Positions 15,560 to 22,736 of a stretch of DNA of 25,955 nt are shown piece by piece (the stretch's first letter is position 1; every line of letters begins with the position of its first letter). The notes beneath the pieces are model-generated. The model saw only the letters and a program-made list of their open reading frames with translations. It was not told the DNA's origin and searched no databases. The stretch is from the IMG/VR virus record IMGVR_UViG_3300032024_000071, positions 1 through 25,955 of that record. The stretch is one strand, 5' to 3'. The translations under genes were made by a program, and so were the position numbers. Source of the stretch: a virus (taxonomy: Duplodnaviria; Caudoviricetes).

Positions 15560-16471
15560 GTGACAAACGTAGCAGATATAAAAGAAAGTGAAGCGTATTT
15601 ATTTCTCAAGGGATTAAAGAACGCAGGTGTTACCTATACAGAGCTCTACGATAACTGTGAAGGTTATGCAGAACGTTCGGATCTTTCAAGGGATTTAAAC
15701 CGATTAATTCAGTCTAAATTGGTACAGAAGAGAGGGACGCTGTACTGGGATAATGCTCAGGCACCTACAGAGGCCTACTGTCCTGAAGAGGATGCCTCAG
15801 TAGCTACCGCAAAGAAGAAGGTTAATTCCTCTGTACCTGCCCCTGACTACTATGAAGAGGGAGGTTATGTGAAGACGTTAAAAGTTGCTCTAGATACCTA
15901 TAGTGCTGCTAAGGCCCTACCTTGTGAGGAACCAGAACCTGATACGTCTAGAGACACCTCTCTTATAGATACTTCCTTAGAAGGCAAAAAGGTTAAGGAG
16001 CCTCTGAGGGGAAACCTACAGAGATCTAAGAACCATGTTAAGGTAGCCCTACTGTTTTACTATCATAAGGATGAGAAGTTTACCTTTTCGGAGATTACCG
16101 CCCTTACAGGGGTAAAGGATGGAACACTCTATCCAATGATAAAACGTCTACTTGCCCAAGAATACATATATAAGACTGCTGAGAATACGTTTCACTGGAC
16201 ATCGAGATACACATACCCTTTCTCTTCAGTTAAGCCTGAAGATAGTTCGTGGGCTACGTTGACAATAATACCTGTAGATGATACAGCTACAAAGGCCCAG
16301 CAGCAGCAGCTAATAGCGTCCGAAAAACCCCAAGAGGAAAAGGTACCTGAGGTACTAGGAATACCTACTGAAGACTTAACCTTAGCAGGTATAGATTCAG
16401 TCATTGCCCGATATGAAATGGAGATGGCATCTCTTAAAACCCTAAGACAATCCTATGTAGACCGTAGTTAG
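15560..16471 (+). CDS. Tandem winged-helix DNA-binding protein
   Basis: SD AAGGA with GTG start. wHTH1 GVTYTELYD...SDLSRDLNRLIQSKLVQKRG. wHTH2 FTFSEITALTGVKDGTLYPMIKRLLAQEYIYK (PadR/MarR-like GTLYP). C-terminal coiled coil. Confidence 0.65.
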   Translation: MTNVADIKESEAYLFLKGLKNAGVTYTELYDNCEGYAERSDLSRDLNRLIQSKLVQKRGTLYWDNAQAPTEAYCPEEDASVATAKKKVNSSVPAPDYYEEGGYVKTLKVALDTYSAAKALPCEEPEPDTSRDTSLIDTSLEGKKVKEPLRGNLQRSKNHVKVALLFYYHKDEKFTFSEITALTGVKDGTLYPMIKRLLAQEYIYKTAENTFHWTSRYTYPFSSVKPEDSSWATLTIIPVDDTATKAQQQQLIASEKPQEEKVPEVLGIPTEDLTLAGIDSVIARYEMEMASLKTLRQSYVDRS

Positions 16472-16493
16472 ACTAATACTCAATACCTCCTAC

Positions 16494-16518
16494 AAAAAGG
16501 GCGAACGTTCGCCCTTTT
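16494..16518. terminator. Palindromic, probably bidirectional terminator separating the accessory and structural blocks
   Basis: 24-bp perfect palindrome AAAAGGGCGAACGTTCGCCCTTTT (16495-16518) with A and T tracts on both sides. Confidence 0.8.
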
Positions 16519-16552
16519 CCTGCCTGTATCGTATACGATCCCTCGATAATCA

Positions 16553-16564
16553 TAATTTCTAGTT
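16553..16564 (+). promoter_or_regulatory. TAATTT-N-TAG motif (putative late promoter) copy 1
   Basis: TAATTTCTAGTT, after the terminator and 56 nt before the first gene of the structural block. Confidence 0.5.
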
Positions 16565-16608
16565 GAACGCGGAACCACCGCAATTACCTACAATTATCGG
16601 GGACTTCA

Positions 16609-17079
16609 ATGAAACAATCACGTGATCTATTCCTATTGTCTGCACTAGCCTACCGTCAAGGTAAGGTTGCTGATGCTGGGCAACTCTTTGCAGCTGCTAT
16701 GTCTCAACCGGATACTGACGAGTTCCTGAATCTTCTAAACGAAGAGCAGACCGTTACAGCCTCATCCTTATTATCGACCTCACGCTCTATTGAAACCAGC
16801 CTCGAACAGGCTGCGTTGATCTTCACGGAAGCCTTGTCTGCAGATGCTGAAGACGAAGTTATTGTCGGCCTTCCAAGGCACGAAGGTGATGACGAGGAAA
16901 ACTCAGAAGACCTGGACGATATTGGTGACAACCATGAAGGCTGCACAAGCGACGATCAGGCATCTTCTATGCCGGGACTCCCTCTAATACCGAGTAGCCT
17001 GAGCTCTGTGTCTAGCTTACCTCCCTCAACAAAGATAGTATTATCTAATACCTTTAAATCTCCTGTCGGTATTAAATAA
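16609..17079 (+). CDS. Hypothetical acidic protein, probably virion or assembly related
   Basis: First gene of the tail block; helical N-terminus and acidic/Ser-rich C-terminus. Function inferred from position only. Confidence 0.65.
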   Translation: MKQSRDLFLLSALAYRQGKVADAGQLFAAAMSQPDTDEFLNLLNEEQTVTASSLLSTSRSIETSLEQAALIFTEALSADAEDEVIVGLPRHEGDDEENSEDLDDIGDNHEGCTSDDQASSMPGLPLIPSSLSSVSSLPPSTKIVLSNTFKSPVGIK

Positions 17080-17083
17080 GAGT

Positions 17084-17764
17084 ATGGCCTCCCCAGCGCT
17101 CTCCCACTCCGTATTAGAAGATCTTGAGAAAAGTAGCCTTCTCTTGATCTCTCTGATGGGTGTACGAACACTACTTGAGAGAGAACTTCGTCTCAAGGAT
17201 ATGCTCTTAACCTCTGAAGATGCTGCTCTTGCAGAGCTAAAAAGGCGCCAGATGGATCCTCTTACTCTTTCAATAGCCTACCCTTACGGATATTTATCTC
17301 TTTCAGAGCTGACGGCTGTTAAAGACCATATACCCAATAAAAATGTTCGTAGGCATGGCCTACGAATGGGTACCGATGGGGCTACAAAGGCAACGGCCAG
17401 GAAAGGGTACTTGTTCCCTATACTGGTCCAGTTGAGCTTGCACTATCTAGATAACGACCCTGTAAGAACATTCCGAATGGCAGAAGCACTAATAATTTTA
17501 GGTCAGATCGGTCCCTTGGTCTTCAGTATGCACCTAGGTGACGGTATAGAGTTAGAGGTAGAGGTAGAGATTCCTGACTCAGCCTCCATACCAATAGCAG
17601 AGTCAGAAAATACCCATGCCCCTAATGCTCAAGAGATAGAAGTACCTTTAGTTATACATACCTGGGCAGGGTTCTGCAGGGATGTATCCTCAGTAAACTC
17701 AGACCGACCTACAGAGATCAAAATTGAGCTTGCTCCCCATTATCTACCTACAGGCGGTGAATGA
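17084..17764 (+). CDS. Putative virion structural protein (possible tail completion/terminator)
   Basis: 226 aa, upstream of the sheath, with YPYG and alternating beta-strand patterns. The assignment is positional. Confidence 0.55.
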   Translation: MASPALSHSVLEDLEKSSLLLISLMGVRTLLERELRLKDMLLTSEDAALAELKRRQMDPLTLSIAYPYGYLSLSELTAVKDHIPNKNVRRHGLRMGTDGATKATARKGYLFPILVQLSLHYLDNDPVRTFRMAEALIILGQIGPLVFSMHLGDGIELEVEVEIPDSASIPIAESENTHAPNAQEIEVPLVIHTWAGFCRDVSSVNSDRPTEIKIELAPHYLPTGGE

Positions 17765-18129
17765 AAATGGCAATGAAACGTCTACCTACAGATAAGACGG
17801 TCGTAACAGAGTTAAAGATACAACTTGTAGACCAATTCACAAGAAATAGGATCGTTACTGAGACTATAGCGGCCCGCATATCACAGGATCAAGGTCTTAA
17901 GACAGGTGACTCGACAGTAACAGATACTCAGTCTCTGATCTTATCGAACATAGAGGCAATGGTATACATTAATTCTTGGGGCAACTTCTTGCTCCGCCTA
18001 GAGTATGCCGATCAGTCAATACAAGAAGTTCCGTGTACTGGGCTATTCCTGCTGTATGGGAAATTGAAGACAGTAGAGGTCAGAGCAGCCCAGCCGGGCC
18101 CCTTACGCCTGTCATATATCTACGCCTAA
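17761..18129 (+). CDS. Hypothetical beta-rich protein, probably structural
   Basis: ATGA overlap with the upstream gene; sits directly before the sheath. Confidence 0.65.
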   Translation: MKMAMKRLPTDKTVVTELKIQLVDQFTRNRIVTETIAARISQDQGLKTGDSTVTDTQSLILSNIEAMVYINSWGNFLLRLEYADQSIQEVPCTGLFLLYGKLKTVEVRAAQPGPLRLSYIYA

Positions 18130-18138
18130 TAGGTTTGA

Positions 18139-18153
18139 TAATTTGTAGGTATA
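18139..18153 (+). promoter_or_regulatory. TAATTT-N-TAG motif copy 2 (TAATTTGTAGGTATA)
   Basis: 39 nt before the sheath ATG; 14/15 identical to the copy at 25452. Confidence 0.55.
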
Positions 18154-18177
18154 TGTCCCCACACCTAAGGAACTTTT

Positions 18178-19737
18178 ATGTCAAATAGTCACTCTAGTGC
18201 CGGCGTCTACACGGCCGAAAAAGATCAATCTCAACGTGCTGCTAATGCCCCGACCTCGATCGGGGCTATTGTAGGCGAGTCGAATAAGGGGCCAGTAGGT
18301 ATACCTACCCTTATTACAGACACTACTAAATTTACAGACCGTTTTGGGTTTCCTGATGCGAGCTTGTCGTTCTTACATCATTCATCCTTAGCGTTCTTAT
18401 CTGAGTCCTCTAGACTGTACGTGACCCGGGTATCTCCCGGATCAACGTTTGGGGGATGCACAGTTAGTTTGTCTAACAACCTAAACTCCTCTGAGTCTTG
18501 GAATGTTGGACTAGAAGATCCTTCGATCTATGACTTTGCTCCTGATGACCTGTTCATCATTACAGGTATAGACCAAGGCGACTGGACCGATTCTATTAGG
18601 GTAGTCATTTACCCTAATACTCAGGCTAGTGACGGTACGTTCTTCGTTGAAGTCTATCTAGTTAATGTAGGTCGTCCTGTAGAAAGGCATCTAGTCCACT
18701 TGGATTTAGTTAGGGACGGATATGGCGTACAGCTAAATATAGCAGAGTACATCAATAAACGATCTACCTATATAAATGTTGTGCAGAACAATCTTAATGC
18801 AGCATTTGTCTCAACACCTAAAAGACAGCTTATCAACAGTCTTAACTCTGTTGCGATCCACGGTGGGTCGAATGGGGTAGCAGCTACTCCTGGAGATATT
18901 ATCAGAGCTTGGGAGCTGCATCAAGATCCAGAACAGTTAGATGTAAATATCCTGATCAACGGTGGATATACTCATGTTGCTGTCCAGGCAGCTATGACCC
19001 AGTTAGCCGAAGACCGTATGGACTGTATTGCAATTTTAGATACTCCTGCAACAGAGCAGAGTCTAGCTAACGCGATCTCCTATAGACGGAACGACCTTCA
19101 GGTAGATAGCTCGTATGCTGCCTTATACAGTCCAGACTATTTGGTCTTAGACAAGTATAGCGATCGTCGCCTGTACGTACCACCTTCTGGATTTATAGCA
19201 GCAGCGTATGCTCGTACCGACAGAGAGTTTGATACATGGTTTGCTCCTGCCGGTACAAATCGGGGTAAACTGGACGTTTTGGGCGTTCGTTACGACTACA
19301 ACCAAGGTGACAGAGATGCTCTGGTAGACAATCAGGTAAATCCAACCAGGGTAATTCCTGGGGTAGGCATTAAGATCTGGGGGGCAGATACTATGCAAAC
19401 TCAGGCGTCTGCACTATCGAATGTCTCAGTCCGTCGATTGATGCTTTTCTTGGAGAAGTCTTTATCGATTGCAGCTCTTTACTCAGTCTTTGATCCTAAC
19501 GATACCATCTTACGCGCATCTCTTGTAGAGATTTGTGACCGGTTCTTAAAACCTATCAAGGCAGCTCGTGGGCTTTATGGGTTTAACGTAGTCTGCGATG
19601 ATACAAACAATGGGCCAGAGACAATCGCCAGTGGAGATTTGATCTTAGACGTGTATGTAGATCCAGTCTTACCGGCTAAGAGAGTCCTATTGACAGCTAT
19701 CGTAAACAAGACAGGCGCGACCTTCAGCACAGGCTAA
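18178..19737 (+). CDS. Tail sheath protein (T4 gp18-like)
   Basis: SAGVYTAEKD, GPVGIP, LYVTRV, DCIAILD, YAALYSP, VPPSG, WFAPAG..RG, VNP, IWG..T, NVSVRRL, FDPND and VVCDDTNN. Confidence 0.95.
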   Translation: MSNSHSSAGVYTAEKDQSQRAANAPTSIGAIVGESNKGPVGIPTLITDTTKFTDRFGFPDASLSFLHHSSLAFLSESSRLYVTRVSPGSTFGGCTVSLSNNLNSSESWNVGLEDPSIYDFAPDDLFIITGIDQGDWTDSIRVVIYPNTQASDGTFFVEVYLVNVGRPVERHLVHLDLVRDGYGVQLNIAEYINKRSTYINVVQNNLNAAFVSTPKRQLINSLNSVAIHGGSNGVAATPGDIIRAWELHQDPEQLDVNILINGGYTHVAVQAAMTQLAEDRMDCIAILDTPATEQSLANAISYRRNDLQVDSSYAALYSPDYLVLDKYSDRRLYVPPSGFIAAAYARTDREFDTWFAPAGTNRGKLDVLGVRYDYNQGDRDALVDNQVNPTRVIPGVGIKIWGADTMQTQASALSNVSVRRLMLFLEKSLSIAALYSVFDPNDTILRASLVEICDRFLKPIKAARGLYGFNVVCDDTNNGPETIASGDLILDVYVDPVLPAKRVLLTAIVNKTGATFSTG

Positions 19738-19741
19738 TACT

Positions 19742-20176
19742 ATGAGAACAAAAATATCCCTATCAGCAAGGATTGGAGCTGAGCCTACCCAGGCCAAGGT
19801 CTCTGACACTGATGTAAAGACTGCTAAAAATATCTTAAAGACTGCTGCCCGTCAACAGACTACAGAGTCTAAAGACTCGTATAAGCAGGCTGTTAAAGAC
19901 ATTGCAGATTTACGTAAGTCTAAGGACAGGGAAGTTACCCGACTCTCTAAAGAGATAGATAAGTTGAAGGCGCAATTAGATAAAACCTCCTCTAGCTACA
20001 ACCTAAAGATAAGCCGCTTATTGGCGGTCCGTGATAAGGCAGGAGTAAGAGCAGGAGTTATTGTCATACCTAAGGCTATCGAACGACCTAAGGCTGTGCC
20101 TAAGAAGCAGGTAGAATCAAAACCTACAAAGAGACCATCTAAGGGAGATAAGCCTGCAGAGAAGTCTAAGAAATAA
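19742..20176 (+). CDS. Lys-rich coiled-coil hypothetical protein between sheath and tube
   Basis: 144-aa ORF, basic C-terminus, fills the gap exactly. Confidence 0.65.
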   Translation: MRTKISLSARIGAEPTQAKVSDTDVKTAKNILKTAARQQTTESKDSYKQAVKDIADLRKSKDREVTRLSKEIDKLKAQLDKTSSSYNLKISRLLAVRDKAGVRAGVIVIPKAIERPKAVPKKQVESKPTKRPSKGDKPAEKSKK

Positions 20177-20208
20177 CCTTTAAACCTTAACTCTATTTGG
20201 AGAATTTT

Positions 20209-20748
20209 ATGGCCGGTAAACCTACGCTCGGTATGATAAGTACCGCAATTCCAGATCCACTCTTGTCGGATAACTACCAACTGAACTTCCCACAAGTACC
20301 TACAGGTATAGACTCTAAACCTCTATTGATGCAATGCAGAACTGCATCGAAACCAGGTGTTACGGTCAATGCTGTAGAAGTCCAGTTGTTTGGACATACT
20401 GTAGAGCATGCGTCTAATAAGACATTTGGTCACGACATGCAGGCAGAGTATGTTGAGAACAGAAGTATGCAGATACACAATATCCTGGAAACTTGGTCAA
20501 ATATGATCCGAGGAACACAGACTCAGCACGGTGCATTTAAGACCGAATATGCGCGTGATGCCTACCTCACTGTCTTTGATCAGAAAGGTAATGTTGTATA
20601 TGAATACGTGATCGTCAACTGCTGGCCCAGCTCTGTTCCAGATACCTCCTTTGATGGATCTGGATCAAACCTTATTTCTGTAGCTGTCGGCTTTAAGTAT
20701 GACTATTACTACAATAAGACTACCGGTACCGGTAACGAATCTGTTTAA
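20209..20748 (+). CDS. Tail tube protein (T4 gp19-like)
   Basis: SD GGAG before ATG 20209. DPLLSDNYQLNF, ASKPG, TFGHD, LETW, VNCWPSSVPD..FD and FKYDYY; downstream of the sheath. Confidence 0.85.
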   Translation: MAGKPTLGMISTAIPDPLLSDNYQLNFPQVPTGIDSKPLLMQCRTASKPGVTVNAVEVQLFGHTVEHASNKTFGHDMQAEYVENRSMQIHNILETWSNMIRGTQTQHGAFKTEYARDAYLTVFDQKGNVVYEYVIVNCWPSSVPDTSFDGSGSNLISVAVGFKYDYYYNKTTGTGNESV

Positions 20749-20772
20749 CCTCACTGACAAGGAGCTGCTCCT

Positions 20773-21291
20773 ATGGCTGCCCGACAAACTAGCCTTGGCC
20801 TACTCCTAAGCCTGCCAGACCCACTTCTAAGCTTTAAGTGGGTCTGCTCTTACCTTCCGTATGACCATCCTGTCCACTATGTAGAGGCCATAGACTTACC
20901 CTTCAATAACATTGATATTGGAGATAAGTCTCACGTTGCTGCGTCTTACCTATATTATCCGGGCACTCATAATATAAGTGCCTTCAGTATGACGTTCTAT
21001 GAAGATCGCCATGCAAAAAGCCTTAAATTTCTCAATACTTGGAAAAATGATATTAAGGACTTTAAGACAGGCCTGTATATGCTACCTGGGGCAGACAACG
21101 AGTCAGGATTCAAGAAATCTATTACGGTTCAATTGCTGGACAGCGCAAACAATCCAGTAGTTACAGCAAAACTCTTAGGCGTGTGGCCGTCTGATACAGG
21201 TAACCTTGGGCTAAATTATACTGACGCTAACCGTCTAACTATTACCCAGACCTTCAGTATAGATGATGAAGAACTGACATTTCACTATTAA
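20773..21291 (+). CDS. Second tail-tube-like protein (tube paralog or tube initiator)
   Basis: PDPLLSFKW, IDLPF, FSMTFYED, W, VQLLD, LLGVWPSDTG.L.LNY and TFSID are colinear with the upstream tube. SD AAGGAG. Confidence 0.75.
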   Translation: MAARQTSLGLLLSLPDPLLSFKWVCSYLPYDHPVHYVEAIDLPFNNIDIGDKSHVAASYLYYPGTHNISAFSMTFYEDRHAKSLKFLNTWKNDIKDFKTGLYMLPGADNESGFKKSITVQLLDSANNPVVTAKLLGVWPSDTGNLGLNYTDANRLTITQTFSIDDEELTFHY

Positions 21292-21300
21292 GGAAAACTT

Positions 21301-21681
21301 ATGGAAATTAAATTGAACGAATCAACACTAACAGAAAACTTTTTAGCTAAAGGGTTCACTACAGAGCAGGTAACTGAGATCCTAGCATCCCTGTACGAGG
21401 GCCTACCTCTAACTGCCTCAGGCCCCCTAATCATAAATGCAGGTCCTTGTAAGATTAAATTCCTTACCGGGCAAAATGAAGAAGTTACTGACCTAACTAC
21501 TGAGCCTTCTAGGGTATGTGACTTTGAGGTAGAAATTCCCGGAATAGATCCAAACAACATACTTAGCGTTAAGCTACCTGAGCTTAACTACGGTAAGTTT
21601 GACCTTTTAACTCTAGACGTGAGGATATTACCTTTTGGGAATCCCTTCATAAAATGGCCCAGTACCTCGATTAACTCTTAA
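21301..21681 (+). CDS. Hypothetical protein in tail module (126 aa)
   Basis: SD AAGGA; fills the gap. Confidence 0.7.
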   Translation: MEIKLNESTLTENFLAKGFTTEQVTEILASLYEGLPLTASGPLIINAGPCKIKFLTGQNEEVTDLTTEPSRVCDFEVEIPGIDPNNILSVKLPELNYGKFDLLTLDVRILPFGNPFIKWPSTSINS

Positions 21682-21702
21682 TAACAATAAAAGGAAGACC
21701 AA

Positions 21703-22497
21703 ATGCAGGCAAATGAAAAACAAATGGCAGATATTCTGTCAGATCCAGACTGGTTAGACATAGGCAACTTGCCGTCCAACTTTTACCCTTACGATTTTAA
21801 GATACTGTACATAAAACCTTTTACGGCAAAGCATTTACGTCTTTTGTCTAAAACGGTGGTCACTAAGGATATTAGTTATCAAAAGCGGGCAGTAGATTTG
21901 GTTATCTCACAGGACGTAAATAAGATCTCTATAGGTGATTACTACTACCTTCTAGAGTGGTTAAAGGTTCATAGCTCTCCAAAGACCCCCCTAACCGTTG
22001 AGTGGCATTGCCAAGAGCAGCGCCTAAAACATAAGGATACAGGAGAGTATATCCTAAATGATCCTAAGAGTCTAGAGATCGCCCGTGCAACTGTAGACCC
22101 TGCGGACTACATCCTTGAACCGTGTGGGTGCCATTGTACCGAGTCCTTGCACATGGCAGATCTGGAAATTATCCAACTACCTGAAGAAGATTGGGCAGGT
22201 CTTCCAGAAGGATTTGACTTTCCAAGGGTAAACATACTAGCAGACCAGCAGGCAGCTCTGCTAGACTCAGAGTTAAACATGATTGTAGGTGCAGCCTCTT
22301 GGGTTGCAGGTAACTCATTTGCAGAAAAGGTTAAAACCTTAGAAGATAGCCTTACCTTGGATATGTTCTACACTGCCCAGGCACTGAACGATACTATTAA
22401 TCATGGTATATCTCGGACAGCGGTACTTCATTGTAGGGAATGCCGAGCTGAGCATACGACTAAGCTTGCTATTGATACAGCATCTTTTTTCCGATAG
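21703..22497 (+). CDS. Tail/baseplate-hub assembly chaperone (T4 gp26-like)
   Basis: LPSNFYPY...YIKPFT, GDYYYLLEWLK, Cys pairs including CRECRAEH, and a terminal FF; directly before the tape measure. Confidence 0.7.
   Translation: MQANEKQMADILSDPDWLDIGNLPSNFYPYDFKILYIKPFTAKHLRLLSKTVVTKDISYQKRAVDLVISQDVNKISIGDYYYLLEWLKVHSSPKTPLTVEWHCQEQRLKHKDTGEYILNDPKSLEIARATVDPADYILEPCGCHCTESLHMADLEIIQLPEEDWAGLPEGFDFPRVNILADQQAALLDSELNMIVGAASWVAGNSFAEKVKTLEDSLTLDMFYTAQALNDTINHGISRTAVLHCRECRAEHTTKLAIDTASFFR
22485..22491 (+). other. Putative -1 programmed ribosomal frameshift heptamer T TTT TTC
   Basis: In-phase X XXY YYZ heptamer one codon before the chaperone stop; the -1 frame is open for 56 further codons. 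Confidence 0.7.
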
Positions 22498-22661
22498 GCT
22501 CTGATCAGCAAATACTAGACATGCAGTATGAACTTCTTAAGTTCCGGGGCCAACAGCCTAATGACGACATGCCTAGTATGACCCTGATGTATAATTACTC
22601 TAAATGCAAGAAGGAACGGGAAGAGGCTGCGGCTGCGGCTAAGAACCAACCTCGTAGATAG
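22485..22661 (+). CDS. -1 frame extension of the tail assembly chaperone (lambda gpGT-like; missing from the ORF track)
   Basis: Reads FFPIGSDQQILDMQYELLKFRGQQPNDDMPSMTLMYNYSKCKKEREEAAAAAKNQPRR*. The internal ATG at 22521 has no SD. Confidence 0.65.
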   Translation, partial: FFPIGSDQQILDMQYELLKFRGQQPNDDMPSMTLMYNYSKCKKEREEAAAAAKNQPRR

Positions 22662-22736
22662 AGTAGGAATACGGTGCTTGCAGCGTACGGCTTGCAGAGC
22701 CAATGAAACATAATTGTACAAATCTGGTATAGACCA

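Noticed and set aside
17976-18188. 70-aa + strand ORF overlapping 17761-18129 and the sheath start
   Set aside because: TTG start without SD, overlaps two better genes and runs across the putative promoter.
2217-21705. Identical 15-mer AAGGAAGACCAAATG at 2217-2231 and 21691-21705 (partial copy at 1656)
   Set aside because: Mostly explained by SD, spacer and ATG constraints; too few independent positions to call a regulatory element.
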